Assembly (NCBI GenBank): GCA_965242965.1
Contig: OZ251518.1
Location: 928,001 to 992,000, forward strand
From: Candidatus Poribacteria bacterium
GTDB taxonomy: Bacteria > Poribacteria > WGA-4E > WGA-3G
Length of the DNA stretch: 64,000 nt
Reading direction: 5' to 3'
Below, piece after piece: positions 47,974-56,398 of this stretch. The translations under genes and the position numbers were made by a program. Within the stretch, counting starts at the first letter, position 1. The number at the start of each line of letters is the position of its first letter. The notes below the pieces were generated by a model, which was not told where the DNA came from, did not search any database, and saw nothing but the letters and a program-made list of their open reading frames with translations.

Positions 47974-49077
47974 ATGGAGAAAAAATACCGTATCCACAAC
48001 GTTGACGAGATTCCGACACCTTCACTCGTCGTCTATTTAGGGCTCGTCAAGCAGAATATTGAACGCGCCATCGGGCTCGCTGCGGGAGATGTCACCAAAC
48101 TCCGTCCGCATGTCAAGACGCATAAGACAGCGGAAGTCGTCGCACTGGTGCGTGAGGCTGGCATCCGTAAGCACAAATGCTCCACCTTGCGAGAAGCCGA
48201 ACTGCTGGCGCAGGCAGGTATTCAGGATATTTTAATCGCGTATCAGCTGGTAGGCCCGAATATCAATCGGCTTGTTTCGCTCATGCAAACGTATCCGAAC
48301 GCCGATTTTAAAGTTCTGGCAGACCATCTCGAAGTCGTCACTGCACTTTCTGCTGCAATGACGAAGCACGGATTAACCCTCAAAGTCATGTTGGACCTGG
48401 ATGTCGGGATGCACCGCACCGGTATTCCTGTCGGCGATGCCGCTGTGGGGTTATACGCGCAGATTGAACGTGCTGCTGGCTTGGAGCCTTGGGGCTTGCA
48501 CGTCTACGATGGGCATATCCACGATGAAGACATCGCCGAACGCCGCGTCTCTTGCGAGAACAGCCTCGAGCAAATGGAAGACATGCGGGAGAGAGTGGCA
48601 GCAAAAGGACTCGACGTGCCGTTAGTTGTGATGGGCGGCACGCCGACGTTTCCGATTTACGCGCAGACTCCCGGTGTGGAGGCATCCCCCGGCACGTTCG
48701 TCTTCCACGATGACGGTTATGCTACGCATTACCCAGACTTGGGGTTTACGCCTGCGGCGTTGTTGCTAAGTCGCGTCATTAGCATTCCTTCTGAATACCG
48801 CTTTACCCTAGATTTAGGACATAAAGCCATCGCGGCAGACCCGAGTGGCGTGCGTGGTGTCATTTTAAACGTTCCCGGTGCTGAGGTAGACAAACAGCAT
48901 GAGGAGCATTGGGCAGTCAATGTTCCAAGGGGGACAACCGTGCGGATTGGCCAGGAAGTCTACGTATGCCCGACGCATATTTGTCCATCGGTGGCGTTGC
49001 ATCAGTTTTACTATGTGGTGGATGCAGATGGGTATTGCAGGGAGACGTGGGAGGTGGCGGCGCGGAATCGGAGTTGA
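47974..49077 (+). CDS. PLP-dependent D-threonine aldolase / D-serine dehydratase family
   Basis: TPSL, LRPHVKTHK, DVGMHRTG, YDGH, GGTPT, EEH, PTHICP. Confidence 0.88.
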   Translation: MEKKYRIHNVDEIPTPSLVVYLGLVKQNIERAIGLAAGDVTKLRPHVKTHKTAEVVALVREAGIRKHKCSTLREAELLAQAGIQDILIAYQLVGPNINRLVSLMQTYPNADFKVLADHLEVVTALSAAMTKHGLTLKVMLDLDVGMHRTGIPVGDAAVGLYAQIERAAGLEPWGLHVYDGHIHDEDIAERRVSCENSLEQMEDMRERVAAKGLDVPLVVMGGTPTFPIYAQTPGVEASPGTFVFHDDGYATHYPDLGFTPAALLLSRVISIPSEYRFTLDLGHKAIAADPSGVRGVILNVPGAEVDKQHEEHWAVNVPRGTTVRIGQEVYVCPTHICPSVALHQFYYVVDADGYCRETWEVAARNRS

Positions 49078-49094
49078 GCCAAACCTTCAGCCGG

Positions 49095-49622
49095 TTAGAG
49101 ATTACCTGCGTTGGACAAAACCTCCGCCAGATTCCTTCTTTGTCCGCATTTATTTTTCTTAATCGCAGCTTTCTGGTTCCGAAAGCGGACTTTGGCCCGT
49201 TCAAGTTTGTAGCGTTCCGCCTTATCGATTCCGCCTCCATGAAACAGAATCGGAACGCATGTGGTTTTGAACGCACTGAGAGCCGAACGGACTTCTTCGT
49301 TCAAGCGTCCAAATATGTCGGAAACATAGTCTGCACCCCCTTGCAATTGGTTTGCTACCATTGATGCTTTGAAAGTGCCGCTCTTCAGTTCGATCAGGAC
49401 GATAACCAGACTGCTTTGTTCAGCGTCGGCGTAGAACAAGACATAATCACATCGTTTCGTGTCCATTTTGCGTTGTTTAAACTCACATTCCAAATCGACG
49501 ATAACCCGCTCGGATGGGACATCAGTCAGGTAGACACGGCATCCATCGCCACTACACGAGTTACAGATACACTGCCCATCTACCTGTCTCCGAATTTCAT
49601 TAAGGACATCACTTAATAGCAT
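49095..49622 (-). CDS. Hypothetical protein, probable PD-(D/E)xK nuclease fold
   Basis: KRCDY...LIELKSG...QL; 6 bp downstream of the ATPase. Confidence 0.65.
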   Translation of the reverse strand: MLLSDVLNEIRRQVDGQCICNSCSGDGCRVYLTDVPSERVIVDLECEFKQRKMDTKRCDYVLFYADAEQSSLVIVLIELKSGTFKASMVANQLQGGADYVSDIFGRLNEEVRSALSAFKTTCVPILFHGGGIDKAERYKLERAKVRFRNQKAAIKKNKCGQRRNLAEVLSNAGNL

Positions 49623-49628
49623 CGGCCG

Positions 49629-51107
49629 TTACCTCCTGTCAGCTGCCTCAAGCCGGTCTTGGAGGTGAACAGACCTGTCATAGAGTTCATCAGCCACCTT
49701 TTCGTAATCCGCCGGTTCTACGCCATAACTACGCTCAAACGGAATAGGTTTCACCACTCCATCTTTTTGAAACCACCACACTCCGACTTCTTCCGGTGAC
49801 AGCCAACACGTCTGGATGTTCCCATCTTCTCGTATCCCGCCTTTCTCCTTCAGTTCACCCAGCCGAATTAAGTTTGCAATCTCTTTGAGTAGCCAGTCGC
49901 TATGCGTCGTAATCACCACACGCACTCCCGCGCGGACTAAGCGGGCTAAAGTTACCGCCATTTCTGACTGGGCCCCCGGATGCAAGTGCGCCTCCGGTTC
50001 CTCAATGATGAGCGTGTCCCCCGAACCGATGCCAGCGCGGAGAAGCAGCACTAACGGCGCGAGTTCAGATATCATTGACGACACCCGAGTCAAACGAATT
50101 GCCTCCTTCAGTTTCCCCGAGTTGTAGAAAAACTCCGGGTATCCGCCGCGCCCAGGCTTCATGAATATCTGTCCCGCAAGAACTTCTGACTCCAACGCAT
50201 CAGCAACGGAGGTTATCCGCTCATCCGCTTCATCAACTTCATCAAAGAGGATAAGGTTCTTGATGAAGTCTGCTAACACGCCTGAAAACGTCGGAACCTC
50301 CAAAGGAACTACGCCGAGGCGGGTAGCCAGATCAACAAGCGAACTCGCGATAAGCCGGTGACTCTGAATGAGGCCACTCCGAGCAGCCGGCAAATAGTAA
50401 CGCTGGCGTGTCGCTCCCTTCAATCCAGGGAAAATTTCCGGACAAAGGACTAAGAGTTCGTCAAGGCTGAGACTGTCCTTTCCACTCCACTCCCGTTTGG
50501 AGAGGATAACCATATTCTCGTCAAAAGCACTCGTGTTGAACGCGCCAACTGATTCGGTAACCCGATGCTTGAAATGCCAGAGTTCTTGCGTCTCTTCACT
50601 GACTTTCAGCCCGACCATCATCTCTTTTTCCTCAGTCAACTGAATCAACTCCGAAACCTCTTTGATGTCAAAACAGCGGACGAGTTCACCGTCTAACCCA
50701 TCCCCGAAAAGGACTTCTGTCTTGAAACTCTCCTCAGCGAATTTACGTGTGCTTTCTGGCAGATCTTTGAAGGTGAAAGGCCTCCCACTCGCTACCAACT
50801 TGTTGATAATCTGGTGAGTCTCTTCCGGTGACGATGCCTTAAAAGCCGGGGAACCTGCTATCTGATAACCGCTTCCTTTTTCCCGAATCAGGTTGGCAAG
50901 GCGTTTTAGCAATAAAACGCGCGGGAACCCCCCAGAAACGCCGTGCAACGCATAAATGAGCGTCGAAAAATAGGTCTTCCCAGTATCGCTTGGCCCGACA
51001 AATACCGTCAGCGGACGCAAATCCACCTTGCCCTCAGCAATCGGACCGAAATTCCTAACCGAAATCTCAACATTCGGCAGATATTTTTTTAGTTCGCGCA
51101 TGCGCAC
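49629..51107 (-). CDS. ABC-like AAA ATPase (AAA_15/AAA_21)
   Basis: NFGPI, GPSDTGKT, PAAR, SSMISE, IIEEPEAHLHP, TTHS. Confidence 0.88.
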   Translation of the reverse strand: MRMRELKKYLPNVEISVRNFGPIAEGKVDLRPLTVFVGPSDTGKTYFSTLIYALHGVSGGFPRVLLLKRLANLIREKGSGYQIAGSPAFKASSPEETHQIINKLVASGRPFTFKDLPESTRKFAEESFKTEVLFGDGLDGELVRCFDIKEVSELIQLTEEKEMMVGLKVSEETQELWHFKHRVTESVGAFNTSAFDENMVILSKREWSGKDSLSLDELLVLCPEIFPGLKGATRQRYYLPAARSGLIQSHRLIASSLVDLATRLGVVPLEVPTFSGVLADFIKNLILFDEVDEADERITSVADALESEVLAGQIFMKPGRGGYPEFFYNSGKLKEAIRLTRVSSMISELAPLVLLLRAGIGSGDTLIIEEPEAHLHPGAQSEMAVTLARLVRAGVRVVITTHSDWLLKEIANLIRLGELKEKGGIREDGNIQTCWLSPEEVGVWWFQKDGVVKPIPFERSYGVEPADYEKVADELYDRSVHLQDRLEAADRR

Positions 51108-51118
51108 TTCTCCTCAAC

Positions 51119-52180
51119 CTATTTCGCTGGATGCACTTTCAAAATCGCATCCACCAACTTCTCCGGACCAAATCGCACTACATCTGTCGCAGGCAATCCC
51201 GTTTCCGCCTCCGCCGCAGCGATAGCCGCAAGTGCATCTGTCTCCGATAAATCAAAGCAATTCAACGCTAGCCCGATTACCTTCGCCGGTTTAATCGGCG
51301 AAGCCATCATTTCATACTGCGCAATCATCGCCGGCAACGAAGGCAGCGGCACCGTATACCGCGCCACCGTGTCTCGCGAGGGTTGATGGCAAAATATCAT
51401 CGCATCCGGCATGCTGCCGTGGAGCAGACTCAACGTCACACCGGAATACCCCGGATGGACAAGTGAACCTTGTCCTTCAACGAGCAGCACGTCGTGGTTT
51501 CGCGCGCCTTCCAGCACAATCTGCTCGGCGGCACCCGCGGTGAAATCAGAGATGACTGCGTCAATCGCGATGCCCCAGCCCCATACCATGATGCCGTTTT
51601 GTCCCGTCGGGCAAAACTCGGCGTTGAGCCCGCGGGCTCGCGCAGCATTCGTTATCTCAATACCGGATAACATCTTCCCAACGCGGCAATCCGAACCGAC
51701 GGTTAGAATGACAGTGGACTTCACTTCGGCTGCCTTACAAGTTGCCACGGGCAAATGCGCAGGCGGTTTTCGCGCATCCCACAAGACGACATTGTGCTGC
51801 GCGGCAAACTCGGCGAGTTCCACATCTTCGCTCAGGAAGTGATGGAGCCCACTCATGACATGCAATCGGGCAGTAATGGCCTCGCGAAGAATCGCGCGCC
51901 ACGCCCGCGGCAATTCACCGCCCGGCGGCGCAATCCCGATGGCGAGCATCGTGGGTTCAAAACGCATCGCCTCGCCCAGGTCGCGGACTATCGGGATGCC
52001 CTCCCCAATCTCGATAATCTCACTCACATCTCGGCCTGCCTTCGTGCTATCAATTACGGCGACGACGTTGTCAGGAAGATACCGCACCAGCACGGTGGCT
52101 GTCTTTGATTCAAGGATGCCAAATGAACCTTCCGCGAGAATAACTATTCTGTGTGATTTCGGGTGTAATTGACTCATCAT
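51119..52180 (-). CDS. DUF1611 family P-loop protein (DgcN-like)
   Basis: KTA..L.RY, GIAP.GG, SGLH, GSDC.VGKM, TGQNG, VEGQGSL.HP.YS.VTL.LLHG. Confidence 0.88.
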   Translation of the reverse strand: MMSQLHPKSHRIVILAEGSFGILESKTATVLVRYLPDNVVAVIDSTKAGRDVSEIIEIGEGIPIVRDLGEAMRFEPTMLAIGIAPPGGELPRAWRAILREAITARLHVMSGLHHFLSEDVELAEFAAQHNVVLWDARKPPAHLPVATCKAAEVKSTVILTVGSDCRVGKMLSGIEITNAARARGLNAEFCPTGQNGIMVWGWGIAIDAVISDFTAGAAEQIVLEGARNHDVLLVEGQGSLVHPGYSGVTLSLLHGSMPDAMIFCHQPSRDTVARYTVPLPSLPAMIAQYEMMASPIKPAKVIGLALNCFDLSETDALAAIAAAEAETGLPATDVVRFGPEKLVDAILKVHPAK

Positions 52181-52224
52181 TTCCGAACATTTTAACACAA
52201 ATCAGGGTAAATTGCAACTAAATT

Positions 52225-52964
52225 GAGGGGTTTCCTAAATCGCTTAACGTCGCGGTAACAGGCCCCCGCGCTGCGATGAAAAAAAACGCCAATCCTTCAC
52301 GTAGGGCGAGGGCCCTCGCATGCCACACGCGCATGCGAGCGGGTTTCCCTCGCCCTGCAGCGATCGCGGGGGACAGGCCCCCGCGCTACGGGAAAAAACG
52401 GCGTGCGTTACCGTAGGGCGAGGGCCTGTCCCTCGCCAATGCTCGCACTACGAAAAAAAACGTCTCTTGTTCTCTTCAGGTCTGTAGGACCTGAATGTCT
52501 ATAGCATGCCCGAACGCGGAGAACCCTAAGGTCCTTTAGGTCCTTAATAGTTTTTGCCAGGGCCGCATGTTTTCTTATTAAGGACCTAAAGGACCTTGAA
52601 AACGGGCCGATACGTTTTTCTATAGACATTAAGGACCTAAAGGACCTAAAACGCCACCGCTTGACGATGGAGATCGCGGGGGACAGGTCTGCTCTCTCCC
52701 TTGCGCTACGGTAAAAAACAGTCCCCTTCACCGTAGGGCATGGGCCCTCGCAGGTTTCCACACGTGCATGCGAGCGGGTTTCCCTCGCCATGCGTTTGGC
52801 CAGCAGACATCCTCACCCCTGTAAGTCAAGATCGCCAGATCTTGACCCGTTCGGGAGCGGGCGCTCCCGAACTACAGAGGTGGGTCCGATGCCTTCCAGT
52901 AGGAGAGACATCAAGACCAGGAAGTCTATCCTATCGGGAAGGCATTGATATATGAAACACCCTC
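52225..52964. mobile_element. MITE-like element (740 bp) filled with REP modules
   Basis: GAGGGGTTTCCTAA...TATGAAACACCCTC; perfect 8-bp direct repeat ACTAAATT at 52217-52224 and 52965-52972. Confidence 0.8.
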
Positions 52965-53013
52965 ACTAAATTGCAACTTGACACAAAAACAGAAATATGA
53001 TAGCATTCAAACT

Positions 53014-53694
53014 ATGCGAATTGTTTATGAAAAAAACCTCAATGACAAGTTGTTCGCACTCTATGAGCAACTCCGCTTGCAACACGGCGCGATGCAGTGG
53101 TGGCCCACAGATACGCCGTTTGAAGTTGCACTCGGCGGCATCTTAACGCAAGCCACCTCGTGGCGAAACGTGGAAAAGGCTTTTGAGAATCTTAAAGCCG
53201 CTGGTGCTTGGACACCCGCACAACTCCGCGCTACTCCCCAAAGTGAATTAGAGGAACTCCTCCGCCCCTCTCGGTATTATCGCGCTAAAGCGAAGAAGGT
53301 GCGAGCGTTTGTCGAACACATCGCGAAACGCCCCATGCACGTGATGTTTGAACAATCAGTCCCCGAATTGCGCGAGGAACTGCTCTCCATCTACGGCATC
53401 GGACCGGAAACTGCGGATACCATCATCCTCTATGCCGCTGAAAAACCGAGTTTTGTCGTCGATACTTATACTTACAGGCTCTTCTCGCGGTTGGGATGGC
53501 TCAAGGGAAACTATCACTACGCGAAACTCCGCAGCCTCTTCATGGAGAACCTGCCACACGATGTCCGGCTGTTCAACGAATATCACGCGCTTATCGTTCG
53601 GCACGGCGCGAGAATCTGCCGAAAAACACCGAAATGCGAAGAATGCAGTTTGCGACACGCATGCGCCTACTTTTCGGATAAAACCAGCACCTGA
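53014..53694 (+). CDS. Endonuclease III-related HhH-GPD DNA glycosylase
   Basis: WWP..PFEV, ILTQ.TSW.NVEKA, LLSIYGIGPETAD.I.LYA, VVD.YT, C..K.PKCEEC.L...C cluster. Confidence 0.9.
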   Translation: MRIVYEKNLNDKLFALYEQLRLQHGAMQWWPTDTPFEVALGGILTQATSWRNVEKAFENLKAAGAWTPAQLRATPQSELEELLRPSRYYRAKAKKVRAFVEHIAKRPMHVMFEQSVPELREELLSIYGIGPETADTIILYAAEKPSFVVDTYTYRLFSRLGWLKGNYHYAKLRSLFMENLPHDVRLFNEYHALIVRHGARICRKTPKCEECSLRHACAYFSDKTST

Positions 53695-55322
53695 TTCGTC
53701 TTCACACTTTGCAAGGTGTCAATTCTGCCACACGGCCATCTGATTGTCACCGAATCAATTTTTTCTGTCTCGCTCTCTGCATCGCCTAGGCCAAAATGTA
53801 AATGCATCTCATTTTGGCTGAGGTATCCAGAACCACTTTTCACCTCGCGAATCTGTGTTAAGTCGCCGGTGACAACAGTCACACGCGCGCCAATGGCATC
53901 GCGATTGCAGTGCGTGCCTATCAACTGAAGACGCAACCATCGCCGCGCGTTCCCACCATCATTTCGTAGCACCGTCGGCGCAGCGTTCATATTTGAGACG
54001 ATGATGTCCACATCGCCATCGTTATCCACATCACCAAAGGCGGCACCGCGGCTGCTATAGACACGCGGTTCCGTTAAAGCGAACTCGCCGAATCTGTTCC
54101 CCTTTTTGTTCCAAAAAAGTTGATTCGGTTGTGTATACGTGCCTACCGGATCGATCTTCGCAATATTTTCGTCAAGGTGCCCGTTAGCGACGAACAAATC
54201 CAGCCAGCCATCGTTGTCAAAATCGACAAAATCGACACCCCATGCCAGATAAGGCAGGCTCTTCTCGCCAACGCCTTTCACGAAACTAACCTCGGTGAAA
54301 AATCCGTCCTGCGCGTTATGATAGAGACTATTTGTCTGCTCCTGAAAATTGGTGATAACAATGTCAAGATACCCATCGTTATCAAAATCGCCGAGGTTTG
54401 CGCCCATGCCGCTGTAGGCGCGTCCGTCTTCGCCTAGCGCAACCCCGGCGAAGAGCGCGTCTTCAATGAACGTGCCATCGCCGTTGTTCAGGTAGAGAAA
54501 ATTCGGCGTGGTATCGTTCGCGACGAAAATATCGACATCGCCGTTGTTATCTATATCGCCACAAACAACGCCTAACCCTTTTCCGGGGGTTTCAGCGATG
54601 CGCGCCTTCTTCGTCACATCCGTAAACGTGCCATCGCCGTTGTTTCGGTAAAGGATATCCGCTTCGGCAGGGAGTGCCTCCGGTGTGCAGTAAGTGCGAA
54701 TCCCCTGCCGGGAGCATCGCCGATTCGCCTCGGTGCTAAATTGCACGTAGTTGACGACATAAAGATCCAACCATCCATCGGCATCGTAATCGACGAAGGC
54801 ACATCCGGTACTGAGCGACGCGCCGCCGACACCGGCTCGCGCTGTTACATTCGTGAACGTGCCATCGCCATTATTTTCATAAAGCACATTTGTGCCATCG
54901 TTTGTGACGTAGAGGTCGCGGAGGCCATCGTTATTGTAATCGCCAACGCAACAGCCAAACCCGTACCCAGTATCACCGACAGATGCCTCGGCCGTCACAT
55001 CGGTAAATGCCACATCGGTAAAGGTGCCATCGTTGCGATACAGGACGTTTGTCGGCGGCGTTGAGAACGGTGGGCTTCCCGGTAGCGCGCCGCCGTTGAC
55101 AAAATAGATGTCCAGATCTGCATCGTTATCAAAATCGAAGAGCGCGATGCCGCTTCCGAGGGGTTCAATGAAATACTTCTGTCCACTTGCACCGTTGATG
55201 TGGCGAAATTGGAGGTTATGGAATTCAGTTGTCACATCCCTCAACATCTGGGCATCTGCGCGGGACGCGGAGAGTAGCAAGAGAAAGAAAATCGCAATCC
55301 GCGTCATTTTTTTGTATCGCAT
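53667..55322 (-). CDS. CRTAC1-family FG-GAP repeat protein with ASPIC/UnbV domain
   Basis: Signal peptide, repeated GD.DNDG..D.YV.N and LY.NNGDGTF, AIGARV..GSGYLSQN...HFGLG. Confidence 0.9.
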   Translation of the reverse strand: MRYKKMTRIAIFFLLLLSASRADAQMLRDVTTEFHNLQFRHINGASGQKYFIEPLGSGIALFDFDNDADLDIYFVNGGALPGSPPFSTPPTNVLYRNDGTFTDVAFTDVTAEASVGDTGYGFGCCVGDYNNDGLRDLYVTNDGTNVLYENNGDGTFTNVTARAGVGGASLSTGCAFVDYDADGWLDLYVVNYVQFSTEANRRCSRQGIRTYCTPEALPAEADILYRNNGDGTFTDVTKKARIAETPGKGLGVVCGDIDNNGDVDIFVANDTTPNFLYLNNGDGTFIEDALFAGVALGEDGRAYSGMGANLGDFDNDGYLDIVITNFQEQTNSLYHNAQDGFFTEVSFVKGVGEKSLPYLAWGVDFVDFDNDGWLDLFVANGHLDENIAKIDPVGTYTQPNQLFWNKKGNRFGEFALTEPRVYSSRGAAFGDVDNDGDVDIIVSNMNAAPTVLRNDGGNARRWLRLQLIGTHCNRDAIGARVTVVTGDLTQIREVKSGSGYLSQNEMHLHFGLGDAESETEKIDSVTIRWPCGRIDTLQSVKTNQVLVLSEK

Positions 55323-55381
55323 AACTCGGAGGTGTGCTATAATGGTGAAAATTTGTCTATTTATCTATAGGAGATTTTTTC

Positions 55382-56350
55382 ATGGCGAATACACTACGTT
55401 TTGGCGTTGTCGGACTCGGCATGGGTATGAACCGGTCCGGCATGATTCACCAGACTGCCGGTGCCGAACTCGTCGCTGTCGCTGATCTGGTTGAGGAACG
55501 CCGTAAAGCCGCCGAGGAACGTTTCGGCTGCGAAAGCCACGGCGATGCACTCGAAATGTTCGACCGGGACGACATTGACGTTGCGATGATTATGACACCG
55601 AGCGGCCTCCACGGCAAGTTCGGAGAGGAAGCGGCGCGGCGCGGCAAGCACGTCATCACTACCAAACCGATGGATGTCAGCGTTGAAAACTGCGACGCGC
55701 TCATCCAAACTTGCAAGGACAACGAAGTTAAACTGCTCGTTGACTTCGGGGAACGCTACGGCAGCCACAACCGGCGTATCCAAACCGCGCTGCAACAGGG
55801 TGCCCTCGGCAGACCTTTGCTATGCGAACTCCGCATGAAATGGAAACGGCCCGACAGCTACTACGTCGGCTGGCACGGCACATGGGAATTGGACGGCGGC
55901 GGCTCCATTATGAACCAAGGCGTGCATTACGTCGATCTGATGCTCTGGTTTATGGGCCCCGTTAAGCGTGTTATCGGCGCGCACTTTGATGTCTATGACC
56001 ACGAGAATTGCGAAACCGAGGATATGACCTCGGCGATTCTGGAGTTTGAAAGCGGCGCACTCGGACACGTCCTCACAACGACAACGTTCCCCGGCAGCAG
56101 CGTCTCCATGATTCACGTCCACGGCGAGAAAGGCATCATCGGGCTCGGCCCGGAGCTCTGGCAGTTCGTCGATGACGATGAGCCGAACATTGAACTGCCG
56201 CCTTATCCGAATAACGTAATTGAGGATGCGTTGCGCGTCATCAACGACGGTGCATCCCCGGCGGTAGATGGCGAGGAAGGCAAACGTTCCGTCGCGCTGA
56301 ACATGGCGATTTATGAATGTGCTAGAACCGGCAAAGCGGTTACGTTATAG
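55382..56350 (+). CDS. Gfo/Idh/MocA family oxidoreductase
   Basis: GVVGLGMG, TPSGLH, KHV..KP, GGG..NQGVHYVD. Confidence 0.9.
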   Translation: MANTLRFGVVGLGMGMNRSGMIHQTAGAELVAVADLVEERRKAAEERFGCESHGDALEMFDRDDIDVAMIMTPSGLHGKFGEEAARRGKHVITTKPMDVSVENCDALIQTCKDNEVKLLVDFGERYGSHNRRIQTALQQGALGRPLLCELRMKWKRPDSYYVGWHGTWELDGGGSIMNQGVHYVDLMLWFMGPVKRVIGAHFDVYDHENCETEDMTSAILEFESGALGHVLTTTTFPGSSVSMIHVHGEKGIIGLGPELWQFVDDDEPNIELPPYPNNVIEDALRVINDGASPAVDGEEGKRSVALNMAIYECARTGKAVTL

Positions 56351-56398
56351 TTGGCAGTTTGGTAGGCGCGCTTAGAAAGCGCGCCTAGCATATCGCGC

